Part shown: positions 8,933-17,306 of the stretch, piece after piece
Layout of the letters: the number at the start of each line of letters is the position of its first letter
Position numbering within the stretch: position 1 is the first letter of the stretch
Assembly (NCBI GenBank): GCA_038207335.1
Contig: JBBQZX010000007.1
Span: forward strand, 128,001-192,000
DNA length: 64,000 nucleotides
Source of the DNA: Chthoniobacterales bacterium
Lineage (GTDB): Bacteria; Verrucomicrobiota; Verrucomicrobiia; Chthoniobacterales; Chthoniobacteraceae
Direction of reading: 5' to 3'
Made by a program: the position numbers and the translations under genes
The notes under the pieces: model-generated
Told to the model about the DNA's origin: nothing
What the model saw: only the letters and a program-made list of their open reading frames with translations
The model's database searches: none

Positions 8933-11212
8933 ATGAAACCGCTTCCGCGCGCTCCACTTCCCTCCCGGCGACCTCCGAAAGGTTTGAAGCAGACGAGGCT
9001 CGCCGCACCGAAGCAGCGGGTGATTTTGCCACAGGTGGCACCCTCCACCGGAGGCCGCTGGTGGTTGATTTTGCCAGGGGTCGCCGTGGTCGCGCTGGTA
9101 GTGTTCTTTGCTAAAACGAAGCAGGACGGGGCGCAGAATCAGGGACGGGAATTTCCGACGCCGGAAACTGCGGATGCGCCACGTTCGGCGAGAGATTTGG
9201 CGGCGACGATGACGAAAAACGAGGCTGAGTCGGCAGCCGAGAGCGCGGCGATGGCTGAGACTGCTCCGATGCCGGCCACACCGCCGATGCCGACACCCGC
9301 TGCCAAGCCGATGACACCTGCCGCACCGATGGCGGTAGCTGCGGCGGCGCCCTCGGACACTTATCCGGGGGTCCCGGCTTTTACACTTTCGACGGCAACG
9401 CTCGCGGGGGATCCCGACCGTCAGAAGCTGTTGCTCGGGGCGAGTTGGGCATCTTCCACTGGCGACTGGGATCGGCATCTGACGGAGCTGAGCGGCTCGA
9501 TCGCCCAAGCGGCGGCACGCGGCCCGTGGCAGCAGCACTCGGGGAATCTGAGCGCGATTTTGGCGCAGCCGAATCCGTCGCTGGCGCTGGAACAGGCGAA
9601 ATTCATCCGGGCGGTGGGGGTCTCGACGTTGAAGAAGTTCGGGAGCGATTCCGCGAACTGGGATTTTCTCGACTGGCTCTTCGCGCGCGGCTCGGTGCTG
9701 GCGGCGTTCAATGCGACGATCCAGCCGCAGGACAAGACGGAAAATGCGTTGCTCCAGTGGCGGATCATCTGGGCGGATGACGAGGAGAACCGGGAGAGTC
9801 TCTCGAGCCTCGCGATCGCCTGCGCGCTGGTCTTCGACGAGCCGATCAAGATCAACCGGGATATCTACGGCTTTGTGAAAAATGCCGATCCGTACGCGAC
9901 GAACACGGAGACGCCGAGCGGGCCGACGGAGGCGACGGCGCTGGCGCGGTATCGCTTTTATCGCGACTGCGTGAAGAAGGGCTCCATCCGCGTGCCGCTG
10001 GGGCAGATGATGCCATGGGAGCTGGTGTGGGTGGTGGATGCGCCAATGCCGGAGAGCGAGCTGGTGTGGGCGCAGAAGCATGTGAATTACTCGCGGCGCG
10101 ACTGGGGGAAGGCTTACGGGCACATCCGCTATCGGATGGATCGGGCTACGCAGGGGGTGAATCCTTACAAGGCTTACACGCTCGCGGAGATCGAGAAGGA
10201 AGGCGGCATCTGCGGCGACCAGGCGTATTTCGCGACGATGACTGCAAAGGCGAATGGCATCCCGGCGATGATCATCGGCGGCGAGGGCGACCGCGGGGGA
10301 CATGCGTGGTTCGGGTATGAAATCGCGCGCAACGACTGGAATCTAAACACAGGGCGGTATGCGGATAATTACGCGGCGGGAACGACGCGCGATCCGCAGA
10401 CGGGGCGGACGATCAAAGAGCACGAACTCCGACAGCGCACTGACCCGGCGCGGCGGACGGCGGGCTACGAGCAGAGCGAGCGGATGCTCTCGCTTTCGGC
10501 GCTGCTGGCGAGCCTGGGCAAAAACGATCTCGCCGCGCTCGGCTACGATGCCGCGCTGCGGGCCGCTCCGAAGAATTACGTGGCGTGGACCGCGAAGCTC
10601 GACGCGCTGGCCGCGACGAAAGCGCCCACCGACGAGTGGCTGCGCGAGAGCGCACGGATGCGGACGACGTTCCGCGAATACTCCGACCTAGTGCAGGAGA
10701 TCGACAAGCGCGAGGTGGCTTACACTTCCACGCACGAAGACCCGGCGGCAGCACGTGACCTCCTCCACCGCCAGACGGCGCGCATGGAGCGCAAGGACAG
10801 CGAGCGCACGGACCTGATCCTCGACAGCATCTTCCGCGAAGCCGACCTCGCCGTGAAATCCGGCGACACGCAGGGCGCCGCGCGCATCTATCGCGACGCG
10901 CTGAATGACAAAGGCACGGAGGTCGTCGCTTTCAAAAAAATCTCGGGCCGCTACTACGACTGGGCAAAGGCGAACTCCGCCGGGCCGGATACCGTGCGCA
11001 AGCTGGTGAGCTTTTTCGACCGCAAGCACCCTGAGCCCACCAGCGATGTATTTGCAATCGGCGCGTATCGCGGCGTGCTGGCATCGCTCTCCGGCATGGC
11101 GAAAGAGCAAGGTCTCGAGTCGCAGCAGCGTCAGCTCGACCGGCGCGAGGAGAAGTTAAAAGAGCTCCAAGACAAGCTCGGCAAAGCCGCGAGCAAAGGC
11201 GCGGGGCGCTAA
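8933..11212 (+). CDS. Membrane-anchored transglutaminase-like (Cys-His) domain protein
   Basis: N-terminal TM helix (WWLILPGVAVVALVVFF), Pro/Ala linker, GGICGDQAYF..GIPA..GHAW core, helical C-terminus. Confidence 0.6.
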   Translation: MKPLPRAPLPSRRPPKGLKQTRLAAPKQRVILPQVAPSTGGRWWLILPGVAVVALVVFFAKTKQDGAQNQGREFPTPETADAPRSARDLAATMTKNEAESAAESAAMAETAPMPATPPMPTPAAKPMTPAAPMAVAAAAPSDTYPGVPAFTLSTATLAGDPDRQKLLLGASWASSTGDWDRHLTELSGSIAQAAARGPWQQHSGNLSAILAQPNPSLALEQAKFIRAVGVSTLKKFGSDSANWDFLDWLFARGSVLAAFNATIQPQDKTENALLQWRIIWADDEENRESLSSLAIACALVFDEPIKINRDIYGFVKNADPYATNTETPSGPTEATALARYRFYRDCVKKGSIRVPLGQMMPWELVWVVDAPMPESELVWAQKHVNYSRRDWGKAYGHIRYRMDRATQGVNPYKAYTLAEIEKEGGICGDQAYFATMTAKANGIPAMIIGGEGDRGGHAWFGYEIARNDWNLNTGRYADNYAAGTTRDPQTGRTIKEHELRQRTDPARRTAGYEQSERMLSLSALLASLGKNDLAALGYDAALRAAPKNYVAWTAKLDALAATKAPTDEWLRESARMRTTFREYSDLVQEIDKREVAYTSTHEDPAAARDLLHRQTARMERKDSERTDLILDSIFREADLAVKSGDTQGAARIYRDALNDKGTEVVAFKKISGRYYDWAKANSAGPDTVRKLVSFFDRKHPEPTSDVFAIGAYRGVLASLSGMAKEQGLESQQRQLDRREEKLKELQDKLGKAASKGAGR

Positions 11213-11229
11213 GTCGGGAAACGTGCTAG

Positions 11230-12579
11230 CTAGCTGCGCCGCCGACGGCGGAGCAGGGCGGGAATGCCGAAGGCGAGCAGGCCGAACATCGAGGGCTCAG
11301 GAACGAGCTGGATGCCACCGTTTGCGGTGTCCCCGATGAGGTGCAAGTTGGCGTCCGCTCGGTCGGTGATGACGCCTTGTCCCGCGTAGAGTTCCGTGAA
11401 GGCGCCGCCTGCACGCTCGAAGAAGATATACTGAAGCTGGTAGTCGCCCGGCAGAAGGTGCGTCACGCCGAGCGTGTTGGAATCGCCGGTCGGCGTTTCG
11501 AACTGCAGCGTGTCGCCCGCCGCGGAGCCGTTGGTCTTGGAGATGAAATTCGCGCCGAGGATTCGGAGGGATGAGCCATCGTCGCCGGAGAAGCCGAACG
11601 TGTAATCGGACTCCAGCGTGATGCGGATGGTGGCGGTGGCGAGCAGCGAGAAATCGTCGTCGGCTCCAGCGGTATCGCCGGGAAAAACATTCCGGCCGGC
11701 AGAGCCGAATTTTCCTTCTCCACCGGCATCCTGCGGGTCTTTGAAATTGATCGTCGAGAACGAACCCGAATTGCGCGTTCCGCCGCTGCCGCGCAGAACG
11801 GCTTGGGCGTCGCGAACATTGTTCAGCGTGCCTGCGCCCCGCACCACCGTCACGTCGAAGAGCCCGGTGCTCCCCGGCCCCGTGCCGCCGAGAAACGATG
11901 GCTTCGACGGCAAGTTAAGGTTGTATTCGACGAGATATTGATGAGTCAGAGTCGAGTTGCTCGGCCCGCCGTTGTCATTCCACGAACCGCTGTTGGTGAG
12001 TTCCACCGCGTTCTCACCCGTCGAAAAGTTATTCGGCTCACCGCCACCCCAATTTTGATAGGTGAAAGGATCGCCGGACTGCCACTTGAAACCAAAACCG
12101 CGTTGACCCGCGACGGGCTCCTGTCCGGCTGCCGGGAGCGGATTGCCGCTTGTATTTCCAGCCTCGCTTGCACCAGGAACTAGTGCCGGGTCGTCCGTGA
12201 GACCGAGCCACGCGGCGTTTCCCCCGAAGTTCACGCCGCGGGCGGTGTTGAGAATCGCATTCTGCTCCCCGCTGCGAATCGTCATCACATGACCCGTGAC
12301 CCCCGCATTTGCGCCTACGGATTCAGCGCCGGGAAAAGTGCGTCCCGCAGCGGTCGAAAACGCCACGTCCTGCGTCACCGCGCCGGTTTCGATTTCGTAC
12401 GCGTTGTAGCCGCCGAGGCCATTCGGAAGAAAAAAGATCGGTCCCGCGACTGCGGAAGCGGTACACATGCCCGCGAGCGCCAGCGCCCCGAAACTGAGCT
12501 TTTGCGCCGCAGACCACGCATGCTTGGCGACGATCGGAGATTTACGTACTGAACGATCGAGTGGGGGAAGGATGTCCAT
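11230..12579 (-). CDS. PEP-CTERM protein with C-type lectin-like and PA14-like domains
   Basis: C-terminal VPEPS-hydrophobic-RRRRRS sorting signal; WLGLTD, YQNWGGGEPNN and WND (C-type lectin); DDFSL..YTFGFSGDDGSSL..FFERAGG (PA14). Confidence 0.85.
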   Translation of the reverse strand: MDILPPLDRSVRKSPIVAKHAWSAAQKLSFGALALAGMCTASAVAGPIFFLPNGLGGYNAYEIETGAVTQDVAFSTAAGRTFPGAESVGANAGVTGHVMTIRSGEQNAILNTARGVNFGGNAAWLGLTDDPALVPGASEAGNTSGNPLPAAGQEPVAGQRGFGFKWQSGDPFTYQNWGGGEPNNFSTGENAVELTNSGSWNDNGGPSNSTLTHQYLVEYNLNLPSKPSFLGGTGPGSTGLFDVTVVRGAGTLNNVRDAQAVLRGSGGTRNSGSFSTINFKDPQDAGGEGKFGSAGRNVFPGDTAGADDDFSLLATATIRITLESDYTFGFSGDDGSSLRILGANFISKTNGSAAGDTLQFETPTGDSNTLGVTHLLPGDYQLQYIFFERAGGAFTELYAGQGVITDRADANLHLIGDTANGGIQLVPEPSMFGLLAFGIPALLRRRRRS

Positions 12580-12706
12580 GGGAGCGACCGTTAGCGAAAA
12601 AGAATGTGGCCTTCAAGCGCGTTGCGCGTTTTTCTATCCCGCAAATCCACAAGTTCACCGCTGCCGGCTGGCGCGTGCTGCGACGCTGCGATACGCTCGC
12701 CCGCAA

Positions 12707-13012
12707 ATGCGACGAAAGCTGAAGCTCTGGGTGCGCGCCTGCGCGCTGGCGATCCTGCGCCGGTGCGGTACGGAGGTGGTGGACCGGCGAACGGGAGAAC
12801 GGGCGGGAAGAGCGTTTTTTATCGGCTGGGGCGGGCGCGTGCTGGCGATCGGCTTGGAAAATGAGCCGCCGCTTCAGCCGATATTTCTGCCTCAGGAGAG
12901 GCTGACTTTTTGGAAACAAGAGATCGGATTCGAAAGCCCGCCGCCTCCCGATTTTCCTCATATCGCGCCGCATGACGCTGAATCTTCTCCTGACGCATCA
13001 GAATCCCGCTGA
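12707..13012 (+). CDS. Small hypothetical protein
   Basis: ATG 12707 within ORF 12467..13012; protein-like composition; overlaps the start of the next gene. Confidence 0.5.
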   Translation: MRRKLKLWVRACALAILRRCGTEVVDRRTGERAGRAFFIGWGGRVLAIGLENEPPLQPIFLPQERLTFWKQEIGFESPPPPDFPHIAPHDAESSPDASESR

Positions 13013-13700
13013 AGTCGCGGCGATGCTCGCGGCATGGGCGGAGTGCGTGCCGATCGATTCGCTTTTCGTCGCGTACGGCGGGAGGCGCGAGGCGTTTGAA
13101 AAGATCGCGCATCCGCACAAGGCGCTCATCGATTCACCGCGACTGAGGACGCGGGATCATCAGCGAGAGAAGCAGAGTTACGCGGAAGTCTTCGCGACGG
13201 CGTGCGAGTGGATGCGCGGTCGGACGTTCGCTCACGTCCACTTCGCGGAATACGACCACGTGCCGCTCGTGCCGGATTTGAATGCGCGACAGGCGGCTTT
13301 TCTGGCGGAGGAAAACGCGGATGTGCTCGGCTTTCGGCTTCGCCGCGTGGATGGGACGAACTACCCAAATTATCTCTACCACGCCGCGGACCCCAGGTTT
13401 CATCGGCATTGGGAGGCGATAAGCTGCCGCGAGGATCGCCGCGCGGTGCTGCGGTTCACGGGCACGGGTTCGTTTTGGACGCGCGCGGCTTTCGATATGG
13501 TGGCGTCACGCGCCGAGCCTTTTCCGATCTATGTGGAGCTACTGCTGCCTACGCTCGCGCATCATCTCGGCTACCGCGTGCGGGATTGGGGCGCGCAGAA
13601 TCGCTGGGTGCATCACCTCGGGGATTTCACCGCCGAGATGGATGCGGCGCGGCGCGATGGAGCGTGGACGCTGCATCCGGTGAAGGGGCTTTGGGCCTAA
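12972..13700 (+). CDS. Hypothetical protein, possible glycosyltransferase-like (EYD and terminal HPVK motifs)
   Basis: HFAEYDH, YVELLLPTLAHHLG, C-terminal LHPVK. Confidence 0.6.
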   Translation: MTLNLLLTHQNPAEVAAMLAAWAECVPIDSLFVAYGGRREAFEKIAHPHKALIDSPRLRTRDHQREKQSYAEVFATACEWMRGRTFAHVHFAEYDHVPLVPDLNARQAAFLAEENADVLGFRLRRVDGTNYPNYLYHAADPRFHRHWEAISCREDRRAVLRFTGTGSFWTRAAFDMVASRAEPFPIYVELLLPTLAHHLGYRVRDWGAQNRWVHHLGDFTAEMDAARRDGAWTLHPVKGLWA

Positions 13701-13819
13701 AAGTCTGGAGCCAAGAGGTCGTCGTCCTCGCTCGCGCGCGAATCTCACTCACTGCCGCCTTGACGCTTCGCTAGTCACACTCTTAATTCCCGCGCCTTTT
13801 GCCCACCCCGTCAATTCCA

Positions 13820-14422
13820 ATGCTAAAACTCGGACCCATTTTCATCCTGCTCGCCGCGCTGTTCGCAGCGGGTTGTGCATCGCGCGATCCGCGATTCAGC
13901 GACGAGACGGTTTATCTCGGTGGCTTCAAGAGCCGCAATCAACCCGAGAAGCGCGCGAATTACGACGACGTGTCTTATTGGGACGGCGATCACGTCGCGG
14001 GCTCGCCCTCGGTCCGCATCAGCATAGGCGAGCAGCGCGCTTACTTTTACAAAGGTGGCGAACTCGTCGGCATCTCCGTGCTCTCGACCGGACGCGAGGG
14101 GCACGACACGCCGCTCGGCAACTACAAGTTCCAGCAAAAAGACATCAACCACGTCTCTTCGCTCTACGGCGATTACATCGATCGGCAGGGGAACGTGATT
14201 CAAAAAGACATAGATACAAGCAAGGACCCGCGCCCGCCCGGCGCGATCTACGACGGGGCAAGGATGCCTTTCTTCATGCGCATCACCGGCGGAGTCGGGA
14301 TGCACGAGGGCTTCCTGCCGGGCTATCCCGCCTCGCACGGCTGCATTCGGATGCCAGGCTTCATGGCGAAGAAGTTTTTTGAGAACGTCTCCGTCGGCAC
14401 TCCGGTGGCGATCGTTCCGTAA
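13820..14422 (+). CDS. L,D-transpeptidase (YkuD family) lipoprotein
   Basis: Lipobox FAAGC; STGR..TPLG; MHEG..PASHGCIRM catalytic motif. Confidence 0.9.
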   Translation: MLKLGPIFILLAALFAAGCASRDPRFSDETVYLGGFKSRNQPEKRANYDDVSYWDGDHVAGSPSVRISIGEQRAYFYKGGELVGISVLSTGREGHDTPLGNYKFQQKDINHVSSLYGDYIDRQGNVIQKDIDTSKDPRPPGAIYDGARMPFFMRITGGVGMHEGFLPGYPASHGCIRMPGFMAKKFFENVSVGTPVAIVP

Positions 14423-14465
14423 TCTCTACCGCTTCCTCCAAGCGGAGCCCCAGCCACACCGCTCC

Positions 14466-14795
14466 GTGCCAGTCCCCGAAATCTCCGTCCAAGCCGCCAG
14501 CGAGCTTTTGAAAAGTGCCGCACCTCCGCGGCTCATCGATGTGCGGGAGCCAGACGAATGGCAACTCTGCCGAATCGCCGGCGCGGAGCTGCTGCCGCTC
14601 TCGCAGTGGCCGGCTGTGGCGGGTGAAAAGCTCACTGACCCGGCGCAACCGATCATCGTCCATTGCCACCACGGTGGGCGCTCGGCGCGTGCGGCGGACT
14701 TCCTGATCCAGAGCGGTTTTGCAGACGTGAAAAATCTCACTGGCGGGATCGACGCGTGGTCCGCGGAAATCGATCCGGCAGTGCCGCGATATTGA
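14466..14795 (+). CDS. Rhodanese-like domain protein
   Basis: LIDVREPDEW, CHHGGRS, NLTGGIDAWS..IDPAVPRY. GTG start inferred. Confidence 0.88.
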   Translation: MPVPEISVQAASELLKSAAPPRLIDVREPDEWQLCRIAGAELLPLSQWPAVAGEKLTDPAQPIIVHCHHGGRSARAADFLIQSGFADVKNLTGGIDAWSAEIDPAVPRY

Positions 14796-14817
14796 TCCCA
14801 AGACCGCTCCGGCTCGA

Positions 14818-15543
14818 TCACACCTGCGCCGTGTAGAGCGAGACGATGCCGCCGGTGAGCGGCTCTGAGGTCGCGGAAGAAAACCCAGCCTGCTCCAAAA
14901 GCGCGCACATTTCCGCACCATGCGGGAAACTCTCGATCGAATCGCCGAGATAATCGTAGGCCGATTTCTCGCCCGTGAGCAGCGCAGCGAGCCGCGGCAG
15001 GAGGTGGTGCAGGTAGGGCCGGTAGAGCCAGCGCAGCGGCGGCGACGGGACCGAAAAATCAAGCACGAGCAGGTGCCCTCCCGGCGCCAGGACACGTCGC
15101 ATTTCGCCGAGCGCGATTGGCCACGAGGCCATGTTGCGCAGCCCAAAGGCTACCGTGACGACATCGAACGCTTCGTCCAAAAACGGCAGCGCGAGCGCGT
15201 CGGCCACCACGAGATCGCGCACGCCTTTGCGCTGCGCCTCACGCAGCATCGGCTCGCAGAAATCGGCACCAATCACGCGCGCTTTGAGACATGCCGCGGT
15301 GAGCGTGAGCGCTAGATCGCCACTGCCGGTCGCGAGATCGAGGATGCGAGCGGGTCGCCAGTCGCGCACGATGCGGGCCGCGCGGCGCCTCCAGAAAAAG
15401 TCGAGTCCACCGCTCAGCAGATGATTCGCGAGGTCGTAGCGTTGTGCGATCGTCACGAACATCCGCTGGACGCGGCGCGCTTTGTCCCCGAATGGAGAAT
15501 CTGTTGGAGCCGATTGGGCCTCTTTGGACACTGAAATAGGCAT
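14818..15543 (-). CDS. ubiE: Ubiquinone/menaquinone biosynthesis methyltransferase
   Basis: MF..IA.RYDLANHLLSGG, LDLATGSGD, VAFGLRN, AYDYLGDSI. Confidence 0.88.
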   Translation of the reverse strand: MPISVSKEAQSAPTDSPFGDKARRVQRMFVTIAQRYDLANHLLSGGLDFFWRRRAARIVRDWRPARILDLATGSGDLALTLTAACLKARVIGADFCEPMLREAQRKGVRDLVVADALALPFLDEAFDVVTVAFGLRNMASWPIALGEMRRVLAPGGHLLVLDFSVPSPPLRWLYRPYLHHLLPRLAALLTGEKSAYDYLGDSIESFPHGAEMCALLEQAGFSSATSEPLTGGIVSLYTAQV

Positions 15544-15599
15544 ACCATTTGCTCTTGTCCTCTGTCCAATTTTCTCCTAGAGAATCGGACCCGTCTCGC

Positions 15600-17225
15600 A
15601 TGTTCCAAGACCTTTTCAGCCGCGCGAAAATCCTGATCGTCGATGATGAACCGTCGAACGTGCGCCTGCTTGAGCGCATCCTGGAGATGCACGGGGCGAC
15701 GCATCTCCACGCCACGACCGACGCGCGCCAGGCGCTCCCGCTTTTCCTCGAATATGAGCCAGACCTCGTGCTGCTCGACCTGCACATGCCGCACGTCAGC
15801 GGGTTTGAAGTGATCGAGCAGCTCCGCCGCGCGCGGCCCGATGGCGACCATCCACCCATTCTCGTCCTCACCGCCGACATCACCGTTGAGACGAAGCGAA
15901 AGGCCCTGTCCTGCGGCGCACAGGATTTCGTCATCAAGCCGCTCGACCATCTCGAGGTTGTCCTGCGGATTAAGAATCTCATCGAGAACCGCTTTCTGCG
16001 GGTGGAGTTGCAGAAGCAAAATTGCTCGCTCGAGCAACAAGTCGCCGAGCGCACAGCCCAGCTCGGCGACACGCTCGAGCAGCTCCGCGCCACGCAGGAA
16101 AACATCGTGCGGCAGGAGCGCCTGAGCGCACTTGGGATGATGGCCGGCGGCATCGCGCACGATTTCAACAACGCTCTCACCATGATGCTCGGATACGGCG
16201 AACTGCTCCTCCCATTCATGGAGGAAAGTGCACCGCCTCGAGAGATCGGCTTCCTGCGAAATGTCATCAATGCCGCCAATGATGCGGCGCACGTCGTGAG
16301 CCGATTGCGCGATTTTTACCGACCCGCCGGCGGCGACGAAATCCGGCTCGCCGTGGACCTCAACGCGCTCGTGAACGAGATCGTCTCGCTCACCATACCG
16401 AAGTGGAAAGGCCGCAGCCGTGCCGATGGCGTCCAAATCACCGTCGACACCGACCTGGGCTCAGTGCCGGAAATCGCGGGAAACGCCGCGGAGCTGCGCG
16501 AGGTGATGACGAATTTGATTTTCAACGCCGTCGATGCAATGCCCGGCGGAGGCGGGATTCGGATCGGCACCGCGCGACGGGGCGACGGTGTCGCGGTTTC
16601 CGTAAGCGACACGGGCATCGGAATGTCCGAGGCCGAAAAGGAGCGCTGCCTGGAGCCATTTTTCACCACCAAAGGAGAGCGCGGCACCGGGCTCGGGCTG
16701 TCGGTCGTTTATGGCATCGTCCAGCGGCACGGAGGAGGGATCGAGATCGAGACTGAGGAGGGGCGCGGCACGACTTTCATCATCTCCCTTCCCATCGAGA
16801 CACCCCGCGCGGCGGAGGAACCACCGTCTTTTGCGGAATTCGATCGGCAGCTGAAAATCCTCGTCGTCGATGACCAGGAAATCATTTGCGAGTTGATCAC
16901 AGAGCATTTGAAAGTGGACGGCCACGATCTCGCCGTGGCGTTCGACGGAAACTCCGCGCTCGAAGCCTTTCGCACATCGCATTTTGACCTCGTCATCACG
17001 GACCAATCGATGCCCGGCATGAACGGCGAGCAACTCGCCGCCGCGATCGGCATCCTGGCACCAGACACCGCGATCATCCTGCTCACCGGGTTCGCCGAAG
17101 AAATGCACGCGGCTGGAAATCTTCCGCCCGACATCGATCTGGTTGTCGGCAAACCGATCAGTGCTGCTGCGCTGCGAAGTGCGATCCGCGAGGTGATGAC
17201 CGGCAGCCCGCTGATGACCTGCTGA
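15600..17225 (+). CDS. Hybrid response regulator/histidine kinase (REC-HisKA-HATPase-REC)
   Basis: ILIVDDE..LLDLHMP; AGGIAHDFNN; NAVDAM, DTGIG, PFFTTK, GTGLGL; second receiver ILVVDD..ITDQSMP. Confidence 0.92.
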   Translation: MFQDLFSRAKILIVDDEPSNVRLLERILEMHGATHLHATTDARQALPLFLEYEPDLVLLDLHMPHVSGFEVIEQLRRARPDGDHPPILVLTADITVETKRKALSCGAQDFVIKPLDHLEVVLRIKNLIENRFLRVELQKQNCSLEQQVAERTAQLGDTLEQLRATQENIVRQERLSALGMMAGGIAHDFNNALTMMLGYGELLLPFMEESAPPREIGFLRNVINAANDAAHVVSRLRDFYRPAGGDEIRLAVDLNALVNEIVSLTIPKWKGRSRADGVQITVDTDLGSVPEIAGNAAELREVMTNLIFNAVDAMPGGGGIRIGTARRGDGVAVSVSDTGIGMSEAEKERCLEPFFTTKGERGTGLGLSVVYGIVQRHGGGIEIETEEGRGTTFIISLPIETPRAAEEPPSFAEFDRQLKILVVDDQEIICELITEHLKVDGHDLAVAFDGNSALEAFRTSHFDLVITDQSMPGMNGEQLAAAIGILAPDTAIILLTGFAEEMHAAGNLPPDIDLVVGKPISAAALRSAIREVMTGSPLMTC

Positions 17226-17266
17226 GTCCGGGCACCACGGTTCTCGGTCCGGCGAATATTCTTCCA

Positions 17267-17290
17267 CTTCGGTCCTTCGCGCCTTCGTGG
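17267..17290. repeat. Degenerate octamer tandem repeat (CTTCGGTC CTTCGCGC CTTCGTGG)
   Basis: Three 8-nt units between convergent genes. Confidence 0.5.
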
Positions 17291-17306
17291 AAAATTCCCG
17301 CCCGGT

